Shown here piece after piece: positions 14,501 through 25,099 of a stretch of 64,000 bases of DNA (position 1 is the stretch's first letter; each line of letters opens with the position of its first letter). The position numbers and the translations under genes were made by a program. Under the pieces are notes generated by a model. That model was given only the letters and a program-made list of their open reading frames with translations. It ran no database searches and had not been told where the DNA came from. Origin of the DNA: Convolutriloba macropyga (lineage: Eukaryota); contig NC_134480.1 in the NCBI RefSeq assembly GCF_964194025.1, forward strand, positions 13,826,001 to 13,890,000. The letters run 5' to 3'.

Positions 14501-15163
14501 AATGACCAGTCTGAATTGCTCTATATAATTAAACAATTTTGTTGTTTTGATACTCAAAATTTTTTTTAAGAAATGTTTTTGAGTTATTTAGTTTTGAATC
14601 CCAAACAATTATAAAAAAAAATTCAACACAGAGTTTTGTAAACAAATGTTTACGTATTCTAGTGCTTCAAGTTGCCTCAAAATGTCTTTTTTAATTTAAT
14701 TTCAGAGATATATAAGCTCCAAAATCCCTCTTACTAATTCAGTGCTATTGCATAGAAAAATATCTCAGCAAGTGAAGAAGCAGTTGAGCTCTTTTTTACT
14801 CTTTGAATCTCAAATATTCCAATCTTACACTCCTAAAGTTTATTATAATGAGCGGTTTTTCATAACTTATATTAAAAATTTTTTGAAAGCTTTCAAAATT
14901 TTACTTGTTTTCCAATAAATTGGATGCAAACTGATTTGAAACAGATTTATTCATTTTACCTACTTTTACCGCTTCTTTTATGTCACTGCCTAATTTCATA
15001 TAATCTCTAAATGCGTTCAATTGCCATTGTTTTATCAAGAACACATTTATAGAGACCTTGCTAGCAGACCTTATATAAGCCACATAATCGAGTCAATTAT
15101 GGCAGTTGAAATAAAAGGAACATTTGGTTTTCCAGCCTTGTGCGTTTCTGAAACAAAATCTGG

Positions 15164-15250
15164 CTACGAGTAATTTGAGGTGAAAACGGTTTCAGTGAAG
15201 CACGTGGTTTGAATCCGATGGCTGTTTGATGCTTTCGGTTTTTCTTTTAT
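15164..15250 (-). CDS. Probable HSP70 exon 5 (IKEKPKASNSHRIQTTCFTETVFTSNYS*); may be further spliced
   Basis: TTTTTTGCCTAG| acceptor in phase 0; weak lid-like similarity. A second acceptor (TTTTGTTTCAG near 15148) allows alternative endings. Confidence 0.45.
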   Translation of the reverse strand: MKEKPKASNSHRIQTTCFTETVFTSNYS

Positions 15251-18200
15251 CTAGGCAAAAAACTATTGTGACCGCCACAGCTACAATTGCCAACGTTTTT
15301 GACAGAGAGTTTTAAAAACCATTAACTTTTAATTGGAAGCCGGCAATATGACTTTGCGAATATTGATAGCCTTCAAACTTCGAATGAGCTATAGACAAAT
15401 ACAGATAAAGCATAATGAAAACCAACAAAAATGCAAATCGATTTGAAACTTAAATAGTTCATGATTTTTAAAAGAAGCACAATTGAGGAAAACCCTTGTG
15501 ATAATGTTTATCCATAAGTTATGTGCAACTAAGTATTCTTTCGTTTTTGAAAATTAGGTAGATGTTTTGTTTCCATTGACAACTCAAATACTTTTATCCG
15601 CTGTTTTTTTTCAAAGTCCAGCTAAACCATATTGACTTTTATCGAAGCAGCTTGATGAAAACCTTGTTCGGTGCTAAAACAAACGTTTGTGCAATATCAT
15701 TTCCGAGATAATAATTTGTCATGTTATGCTTTCAAATGCTATTGTGGGAACATATGCGAACATATGCTTTTAAATGCTGATGTTGCAAAACATTAAAAAG
15801 GTTTAAAAATATCAATTACAGAGGTTCTTAATCTTCCTTAATAAATTATTGTGGGTTAAATCCAGTTCGTGTTGCTACGGTAAGAACGCGCCTATAAAAA
15901 AACAATTCTCCTTTAATTTTGCCGTTTTTAATACTAGCCCAATTCTGTGAAATCCTTAGAGGTCCCATGTTTTAAAATAGAAAAATGGAATCCAGAAACA
16001 CGTACTTTGTCCCTGATGGTTTGGCCTCGGAGGTGTCATAAAACCTTTTGCCACTATTCCTATTTTAAAATAATTCCCTTTGTTTACCTCTTCAATATAT
16101 TCGAGGAACTCGTCCTTCAACTCTAAGCGTTCCAACTCTTTCCGATCAGTCTCTCGGAACCTTTCTTCGTCATTCAACATGGCCTGGATATCCCTGCACG
16201 AGATCCGGTCTTTCGCCTTGTCAATTCTCATCTCACACTAAAAAACTATTAATGCTGATAATAATCTATAATGATGTAAGAAGATTGAGAGAGAACAACC
16301 TAATGTGAATTGTGCATAAGATAAACTTGACATAGCTTGACAAGAAGCTCTACTTGTTCAACGTATACTTGGCTAGAGAAATAAAGCCTCGAGGAACAAG
16401 AAAGAACGTGAGAACGGGTTATAAGAGATGCCTAAGTTCGAGAGCTTAAGACGAGTTGGTGTAATTGGTAGCACACTAGGCTTGCAAGTAAGAGATACTG
16501 GTTTGAATCCAGTGCTGGTCCATGTTCATAGTAGCTGCACCTGCATAGAACCCCTAGCAAATGACGTACTAGTAGATCATGATTAATTATCAGAGGATAA
16601 ATCCGTCTGGGATGGTCTTATCAGAGACCGCACATAAATTATCGAGACCACATCAGTCTGACCAGAGGTCACTTTCGTCTGGCACGGGGGAGGAGAAGGA
16701 GGGGGGACGGAGGAGTGGAGGAGGGGCGTGTATTTATGACGAATTGAACATGCATATTGATAGGAATTTGGGCGAAATTTGTTATCTGCTCTGTTTTCAC
16801 TTCCAAACTGAAAATCCCCCCCCCCATTTAATTTATACCTTTAAACTGAACTGTTTTTAAATGCTTTTAAGTCAATTGTAATTGATTAAAATGCAGATAT
16901 TATTACCTTTTTGCCTGTGTGTCTCTCAATTTCTCTAACAGTCAAGACACCATCAGCATCCAAGGCCAAATATACATCATATGCGTTTTTTCCAACAGGC
17001 GCAGGTTCGATTCCCTCTAGGACAAACTCCCCCAAATAGTTGCTATACTTTTGAAACTTTCGCTCCCCTTCAAAAACTTTGCACGTGATCGCTTTCTGAT
17101 TGGCTACCGTAGTTCTGAACTCTTTCATGTTTTCACACGGGATTGGTTCGTTTCTGGGTATAATCACGGATACCAGTCCCGCCTTCACGGCCACTCCAAG
17201 CGATAATGGACAGACATCTGATCAGAGCTCTTTTTCAAAGAAATCCAATTAGAAGATAACTATTGAATTATTAGTTATCTCTACCGAAATTCAGAGAGTT
17301 GAGAATAATTTAAGTGACCGATATGAATGCTAATGTTTTTGGTCATTCATAATCTGGATAAAACATCACAGGTTATAACAAAAATTGATTTTCTTTATTA
17401 ATTCTGCAATTTGAATTATTTATAAATCACGCAAGATTCTTGCAAGATTAACATCCTGAATCAACTGGGGCAATGAAGCAATGTTCATAAAAAGCAAGAG
17501 AGCAATATCGAAAAGATTCTCTGAACGAAAAATTTCATGTTTCTGAAAATTTTGAAAAGTCTACAGACTACAGATCTCAATCTGAAAAGTTTCATTACTT
17601 TTTAGTTTAAAAAAACTGATTGAACAAATTTGCATGAAATTTAAGAACCGTTTTGAAAAATTGCGGATATACTAGTCGAAAAATAAGTCTTGTAAGACCT
17701 TCTAAGAGCAATGTATGGTTTCGCACAATCATTGCAAGGTTAATTTTTATTCAAAGGTTAACTTTTGTTATCGCAAGGTTAACTTTTGTTTTCGACGTAG
17801 GAAATATCTCTGAGGAAATTTGTGTCAGCTTCAAAAAAGAGCCCTTTTAAAACCACAGATTTGAGCTCGGCACTCTTTTTGATCAGGGCAGCTTGGATCG
17901 CAGCACCTCTGGCTACAATCTGTTCCGGATCTCCGTTATAAATCACCTTCTGTTGACCAAATTTTTCCTTCAAACTTTCCCTGATTTTGGGAATCTTAGA
18001 CGAACCTCCAACGAGCAGAACAAAATCGATGTTATCCGGTTGCAATTTCGCCTCTTCTAAAATTTCTTCAACATATTTCTCAATTCGTTTGAACAAATCG
18101 TCCGAAATCGCCTCGAAGCGGGCTCTCGAAATTGTTTCATTGAAATCATTCCCATTTATCAGTTCAGGAATATCAATTTTCCCATTTGTTTCGCTTGACA

Positions 18201-21200
18201 ATTGATGTTTGGCTTGTTTACAGTTTTCCATTAGTTTCATCATCGCTATTTTTGATTCTGGCAATCCCTTCCCGCATTGCTTAGCAACTTCTGGTTCCAA
18301 AAACGACATCAAACGGGAATCGAAATCTCGACCACCCAGAGCTGAGTCACCGGTCGTTTTAACAACGGTGAAAACTTCGTTTTTGCATTTAACAATTGTG
18401 ATGTCGAAAGTTCCGCCTCCTAAGTCGAACACTAAAATCAACTTTTCCTCAAATTCGAAGTTTTTGTCCAAGCCGTGAGCCAAAATTGCTGCAGTCGGCT
18501 CGTGTATTAGCCGGATTACATCTAGCTTGGCAATTTTAGCGGCTGCTAGGGTTGCCTCCCGTTGCTCACTATTAAAATAAGCCGGTACTGTTATTACAGC
18601 CTCTGAAATTTTCAAATCTAAAGATTTTTCTGCTTGTTCTTTCAATTTGGTCAGCAGCATAGCTGAAATCTGTTCAGGTGTCAGTATTTTTTCCTCCCCG
18701 AAGCAAACCAATTTGAACTTGGGTTTGTTGTCTTCGTTGACGACTTCAAAAGTGCAAGACTTGATCAGATCCGCGATATCTGGGTCGTCGAACTTCCGCC
18801 CGATGAATCGTTTTGCGTCGTAGATTGTGTTTCCGACATTCTCGTTTGCCTAAATTTTGGAATGAAATGGCATATTGACTGTCACTTGATTGGTAGTGAC
18901 ATTTTAAGCGTTTTAGAAACAATTTATAATGTGCTTTTGTAGGTACAGTTTTTCTCCGAGACTACACTACAAACAACTTGCTAAAACTCAGATAAAGAGT
19001 AAAAATATATTTGCTCGTTTGTCAACAATTCAAACAAATTCTGGTTATGGCGTGTTCCAGCTCGGAAAACTCTCAGTTTTTTCCTTGTGTTTGTTTGTTT
19101 CAGTGATATAGGTTCACAAATGAGAAAGGTGCACAAAAAAGGTTAAAAAAGGCACATGGTGCGGGAACCCTGCTTGATTTTTTTCACCAGTAATATTTCA
19201 AATCTTACAATTTGAAGAAAACTTAATTGCTGCTCGCCTATTTTTCCACTCACAATTGACACACGTAAAAACATTGATTGAAGTATCGTTGCACTCTTAC
19301 TGACCAATTTACTATGGCATATCAAAAGTGAGTTTCGAAATCCAATGCTCTCTACCCGGAAAACTGTATGAGTTTTTATACGGATAAGACGTGTTCTGTA
19401 GCTGGTTTTTTTGTAGTAAATTCAGAATGTCTCATGGGAGTCTCAAGAGTAATTAATATTAAACTTAAGACTTACCTAACCAGTAAAAGATGCACTTCTC
19501 TTAGTCTAGAAATTTTCTGTTCTATGAGAATATTTAGGCAAAGCATGGGCCCTAATGCTAAAATCTTGTCGTTCATATCTGNNNNNNNNNNNNNNNNNNN
19601 NNNNNNNNNNNNNNNNNNNNNNNNNNNNNNNNNNNNNNNNNNNNNNNNNNNNNNNNNNNNNNNNNNNNNNNNNNNNNNNNNNNNNNNNNNNNNNNNNNNN
19701 NNNNNNNNNNNNNNNNNNNNNNNNNNNNNNNNNNNNNNNNNNTTTTACAAACTCAGACCAATTTTTTTAATCTCAGCCAAAACTGGCCCCGCGGTAAAAA
19801 AAAAAGCGAAACTGATCGCACAATTACGTGTCAAGTAATTAAAAATTGAATTTCATAAATAAACAAAGAACAAATTATAAGCTTCGGGCATTCAATTAGG
19901 AATCCTTGATCGTAACGATATTTTTTAACCGTGATGGTGAGTTTTGGTTTTCGCCATTAGATTCTCAGATTAATAGTTCACGGTACATTTTTCCCTGGGC
20001 ATTTCATTTTCTCCCTTTTTTGTTAATGAACTCTTTTGCTGCCTTTTGTAGACTTGGTAGGGAATAACGTGAAGAGGGCTTAAATGCTGAACGTTAGCTT
20101 GTGGCTTGGCCTTCATCAACTTTTCTGATTCATTTTCAGCGAACAATTCATCGCATAATGATCAAGTTTTCAGCTCTCCTTTGTATATACATTCTCTTAC
20201 TCATCATCATCAGTTTTAATAAACATTCCTGCCAGCAATGTTGTCGCTCTGCAGGATATTCGTTCGCCCTAAATGTTTGGGTAAACTATTTCGTTGGCCA
20301 CTTCCGTTTGCTTCTGGAGCTCCTTAATTTGACGAAGAGTGGCTTCATGTTCGTTTGAATTGCGGCGCCAAATGCTTCTTGTATTCGGCTCATTGACATT
20401 TTTGAGATCTCGGGAACATCAAAACAGCTGTTACGGATGATGCAGAGATCATTGTTTTCCGATGTCAACGTTTTTTTTGCATTGTTTGCCCTAGAGAATT
20501 TTTTGTCACTTCGTTCCTATCCTTACGCGGGATTTTGCTACTAATATCTCTGCATATCCCCGATCTTTTCCGCGTTCAGTTGTTTGTTCCTTCTCCGGCA
20601 GTCTTTGCCGTCTGTTTTTGTTAATACTAGAGGAAGTTTGTGGATATCGTCAAGAGGTCCCCACAGCTGTTTGTTTTTTGTGGGCTCAAAGAAGATACGT
20701 AAGGCATTCCATTTGTGGTCTTAATCGAGTGGAGACATTAATTTTCCGATTTTCTCTCAACATCTTAAAACTGTTTACCTCGTGTATTTTAAAACTGCTA
20801 GTTCAGCTCTGACTTAAAAGTTTTCTCTGTTGAAAACCTTCCGAAAAGAAAACAAAGTAACTATATTTTTCTTTTTCGCCGTGCAATTTTTTTTATTCGT
20901 ACCAAAACAGCGAAAAAGTATAGAAACCCTTGTAACCTGTTCCGTTAACTCTATAATGGGCGCTACAGCTGTTTTGTTGCTTACTATTTCAACATTTGAT
21001 TGCTAGCAGTGCTTGCCTGTATAAAGTTTCGTCCCTGCTGTAAAAAGTTTTTAAACTAGAGAATTAAAAAGTTAGAAAATGATTAAAACTGCAGTTAGTT
21101 AAGATGTATAAAAAGACAAGCCTAAAATATTGAGCCTTTTCTGTTTGTCGGTCACCACAAGCGGCAATAGTTATTTTTACCAAAAAAAATTTTTGTTCGA

Positions 21201-21497
21201 AGATTTTGCAAGAAAAACTCAATCGCTTAAAATGTTGTATAGGTTGCTTTTATGATTTTTAAAAAACCATTATTCGACCCAGATCCAAAAAACGAGGCTA
21301 ATTTGGACTAATGACTACAGTGATCATACCTGTTCTAGGGCTGCTGATCCGATGAGTCGTTGATTGCCCGAGAATGCGACATAAGAAGGAGTAGTTGGAC
21401 TCTCATCTTCGTTCAAAATGACCTGTGCCTCCCCGTCACAGTAACTAGCCACGCAGCACGCACTAGTACCCAAATCTATGCCTATATAGGCAACCAT
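15164..21497 (-). CDS. Divergent HSP70-family chaperone, 5 exons: 21330-21497, 17844-18849, 16907-17217, 16088-16237, 15164-15250 (~573 aa; last exon uncertain)
   Basis: Spliced translation contains GIDLGT, TTPSYVAF, NTIYDAKRFIGRKFDD, AVITVPAYFN, RLIHEPTAA, VFDLGGGTFD, LGGRDFD, LLVGGSSKIPKI, ARGAAIQAA, DVCPLSLGV, FEGER, LGEFVLEGIEPAP. All exon phases are consistent. Confidence 0.92.
16088..16237 (-). CDS. HSP70 exon 4 (lid helix A/B: CEMRIDKAKDRISCRDIQAMLNDEERFRETD...YIEE)
   Basis: TTTTTTAG| acceptor and GAG|GTAAAC donor; aligns with canonical [29 protein letters not shown]. Confidence 0.85.
16275..16592 (+). mobile_element. Dispersed repeat carrying an internal tRNA-like segment (SINE- or solo-LTR-like), in HSP70 intron 3
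   Basis: 16340-16550 aligns with the reverse complement of ~57440-57660. Begins TGTAAG, contains AATAAA; boundaries approximate. Confidence 0.6.
16450..16521 (+). pseudogene. tRNA-like sequence (TGC/Ala-type anticodon loop), degenerate
   Basis: Acceptor GACGAGT/GCTGGTC, D arm GTGT/GCAC, perfect T arm ACTGG-TTTGAAT-CCAGT. The anticodon stem is broken and the T-loop has C->T. Confidence 0.65.
16907..17217 (-). CDS. HSP70 exon 3 (substrate-binding beta domain)
   Basis: Acceptor TGATCAG|ATGTC (an in-frame TGA just upstream forces this site); reads (D)VCPLSLGVAVKAG...RHTGKK; donor AAG|GTAATA. Confidence 0.9.
17218..17843 (-). other. Putative non-canonical GG-AG intron (626 nt) with base-paired termini
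   Basis: Starts GGCTCTTTTTTGAAG and ends CTTTGAAAAAGAGCT-CTGATCAG. The junction restores KSVVLK|DVCPLSLG, matching the HSP70 linker DLLLLDVTPLSLG. Confidence 0.7.
17844..18849 (-). CDS. HSP70 exon 2 (nucleotide-binding domain)
   Basis: Acceptor TTTAG|GCAAAC at 18850, in frame with ORF 17779..18711. HSP70 similarity stops at ...KSVVLK, implying a GG donor at 17843. Confidence 0.9.
19582..19742. other. Assembly gap (N run) within HSP70 intron 1
   Basis: 161 N. Confidence 1.
21330..21497 (-). CDS. HSP70 exon 1 (not in ORF track): MVAYIGIDLGTSACCVASYCDGEAQVILNEDESPTTPSYVAFSGNQRLIGSAALEQ
   Basis: 168 nt, HSP70 signature 1, ends CAG|GTATGA (phase 0). Confidence 0.93.
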
Positions 21498-23189
21498 CAC
21501 TATCGTACCACGAAATCTCGCCCAATATTACCTAAAATAACGAAATTAATGGTTCTCTGTATAATTTTCTGAAGTTTTCAAAAGTTTCTTTCAGTTGAGC
21601 TTTTTACAGAAACTTCTATACACTTCACTGTCGTATCATAATTTCTTTTTGCTCATTGAGCACCGAAGTAAAATACTTTCTCACTTAAATATATAAGCAA
21701 TTCTTTGTTTTATAACAAAATTATTGCGCAATTAGAACGCAAATATTAGAACTAATATAAACTCACTTAAAAAATCAGAACCTGAAAAATGCTCTCAATG
21801 TTACTGACCTTCTTTTGAAAAGATCGATTGGGTTTTAAATTAGTAATGGAGTATAGACATTGTAATTTTCTCACCGTAATTTTTGAAAAAAATATATTGG
21901 TATGTCGGAATATCGAAATTAGCTTTGTGGTGCTTCGGAAACAAAAAATTTATGTTCAAATAATGGTAGGAGTATAACTAATAATTTATAACTAAATCGA
22001 AGAGCTGAAGTTTAAAATAATTAAAAGTTGTTCAGTTATTTACCTGACTTGTTTTGCTGCTGTTTTTGTTCTGTACTTTCTTATTTATTCACACAAATCT
22101 GAAGCTTTGCATTGCTTAACTTTGCTCTGTAAAAGAAAACTTTTTAAGCGAAAGACACAACGTTTTAGATAGCAAACACGTGAAAAATCTATTTTCGGAG
22201 GCTACCTCTCAATATAAAATAATGCTCAGAAAATAATTTTAAAAAATAATTCAAGTAAAGTCAGATAACTAAAGTAATGAAAACAGTAGAACGTTTTCAG
22301 TAACCAACTATGTGAACATTTCTATTAGAAAATCATCAATATTTTTTGAGCTCTATACGATTGAATGATTACAATAATGATTTAGCCAGAAAAACTAAGC
22401 CGTATTATAAAACATTTGAAGCCTCAAAATATAGTTATACAATACCTTCAGTTGAGTGTAAACATTAACGCAAGTTAAACAATTGCAGTTAGAAGACCAA
22501 TTAATAAAAGTGGCAATAACTGACTTCCAGTATTTTTTACAGTTAATTTTTTCCCTTTCGATTACAAAATTCGGTTGCAAAAAAGTTTTCTTTGAGGGAC
22601 TGATCGACGCTCAAACTATAGTGAGGTTAGTTATCAACTAATTTGTTTTTCCTGCATTAGTTTTGGCGAATAGCCGTCATTTGGTTCAATGACCCTGAAG
22701 AAATACGATGATCTAAACACAATAAAAAAAATTTTTTTTCCAAAATTTAGTAGCCATAATTTAATCTCAACAATTTTTTGTCTATGAAAGCAGTACTTGC
22801 TCAACAGCCAGACAAGCAGTTAATTTGTTTAAAATAAATGATGGTCAAATTTCCAGTCTTCATGCAAGAGTCTTGCAAGAGCTTTCTAATGTTCAAGTTT
22901 TGTGGATCAATTTTTTTTTGGGTCAAGATACGAAAATTTTCCACCAAAACAATTTCAAAACCAGCTTTTTTTGTGCCTACACGTTTGCACAAAAAGCGTA
23001 CATCATCAATCGCTTTTTCGTATTTCAACTGTAACTTTTCTATTTATCAAATATTGGACGGCCCTGTAACTTAAATGATATAGGGCGAAAACTTTGAAAG
23101 CTCAAGTCAAACAAGTACTTTAATAATGTCAGAAAACTTAAACTTCTGCTGTTGATCTTTTTATTGCAATGGAGCGATGCGCTTCGGCG

Positions 23190-23595
23190 AACGCAAAGGA
23201 AGCCGAAGTAAACGTAGGCCGACAGAAAAGCGAGCCGAAAGTTATGTAATAGTTACGTAATCTATCAGAAATAATACATTGTTAGCCGTTGAAATTAAAA
23301 CTGCGCGTAGTATTACAGTGCATAATGTATTCCAATGCACCAAAGAAACAAAAATACGTCAATTTTTAGACAACTAGTGGGTACAGGCCTCAGCGGACCA
23401 CTGTCCATGGCCATGCCACCCATCCGCTGTGGGATGTAATCCGGAAGTCGCGGGCCGGTTATCGCGGCAAAGGCGCCCACCGGCTCGCTAGGGGCAACTT
23501 GAAATACGGGTATCCCAAAATTTTTTGGCTTACTTGACCTCATTTTCAAAATTCGGCTTGCTTGCCTATCAGTTTGCTTGACCGCCACCATGCGA
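23190..23595. repeat. Dispersed repeat, uninterrupted copy of the element at 29350-30122
   Basis: Near-identical acgcaaaggaagccgaag...caatttttagaca, continuing to cttgcttgcctatcag; contains the empty site CTAGTGGGT at 23374-23382. Confidence 0.9.
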
Positions 23596-25099
23596 TTCAC
23601 CTAACAGTCGATTCCATGCTTTCATCTTTTCATTTAATCTTAGCATGGAATAGATAGTAACGTTGTTCGACGATTGTGCTTTCTCGAAAAACGCAAAGTA
23701 TGTGAAAAACATCATTTTCATTAGAGAAATAAATTGTATTGTATAGAAACATGTTCCAGATATTGAAAACCGTCTATTTTTGTCGATATTTTTTCAAAGA
23801 TGGATAGCGTTCAATATTCGCGTGAATATATCTAAGTTCTCAATTCTGACGTTGACTTTCGTTCTCCTACCAAAGGAGTTTCAAAACGTACAAGCAACCT
23901 TTGAGGAAACTTTTTCGAAGCTTTATTATCACTTAAACTGACGTCTCCTAGTCTGAAAACTGAAATAACACATTACGTCGCCAATCCCACATTTTGAGCA
24001 AGCAAATTTACTTGCTAATGTCAAACGTGTTCGCTCCCCCCGTGTTTTAAAATTAAACGTTATAGTCTGATCAGAGGGCCTATGATCAGACTAAAGTGAG
24101 CTAAAACTTTTTCTGCAGCGCGTAGTTTTTTCAAGTTTACCTCGTACCAAAGTAAAGAGGGCTGGAATCAATTCATTTTTCCTATGGCGTCTAATTCATT
24201 TTCCTTCAATATGTCGCCTCTAATTGGACCAAATCTCGCTTCACGATCAGAATTTATTGCTCAGACAGTAAGGTCTGATCAAAATTATACGCTCAATTTT
24301 TACGCACTCTATAGTGTTTCCAGTTTCAGTTCTGTTTTTTATAGCCTGCATATAATGTGTACTGTAATGTAGCCTAAAATTTCCTCATGTTTCTACAAAA
24401 TCCAATTATTTCTCACAGATTAGGATAGATTTTTTGGTAATAAAAAATAGTCTTGAAAGCGGTTTTTTTTTTGGTTTTTTGTCTTTTGTTCTTTTTATTA
24501 GTTTGACGTCATGAGCTCAAAAAAACAATTGTATTTCGGTTAGTATGTGTTCTATATAATGAAATAGTTCTGTTTGTTTGTCGATACCAATTTCTACTGA
24601 CAAATGAAAATCAATGTTTGTGATTACATATTTATACTCTAGAATTGAAAAGTACAAGCAACGCTTTAGACGGAAACGTTTTTTGATGCTTTTCTATCGC
24701 TTATGCTGATGACCTCCGGTCTGACTAAAAAAAAATTCTCTCTTCAAACTCGTATCAGACTACTCTATTCAGATTCTGATCAGACTATAGTGCGCTTTGA
24801 TATTATTCTGAGGCTGGTGGATTTTTAAAATCTACCTCCTATCAGACTATGAAGCAAGTTCAAAACAGTTTATTGTTCCTACGGCGACTACTTCATTTGC
24901 TTTTCAATGAACCTCCAATAATTGGGTCCAATCGCGTTTCAAGATCCAAATTACCGGTGTTAGAATTTAACTTTGATCAGCCTTAAGCGCGCAGTTCTTT
25001 GCGTCCTCTATTTTACTTCTGGTTTAAATTAATTTTCATTTTTTTTGTCTCTCTTTAATTTGTCCTGTATTCTTGTTTAAAAAGTGCTCTAATTTCTAC

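Noticed and set aside
16450-16521. Functional tRNA-Ala gene
   Set aside because: Anticodon stem does not pair, the T-loop is mutated, and it is embedded in a dispersed repeat.
17987-18478. Plus-strand ORFs overlapping HSP70
   Set aside because: Antisense shadows of the HSP70 exon.
20000-20760. Coding-like degenerate stretch in HSP70 intron 1 (similar stretches at ~6600-7150 and ~59800-60450)
   Set aside because: Multiple stops and no motif I can name; probably decayed transposase but unsupported.
21600-21620. Heat-shock element upstream of HSP70 (aGAAacTTCt)
   Set aside because: Only two nGAAn units; expected by chance.
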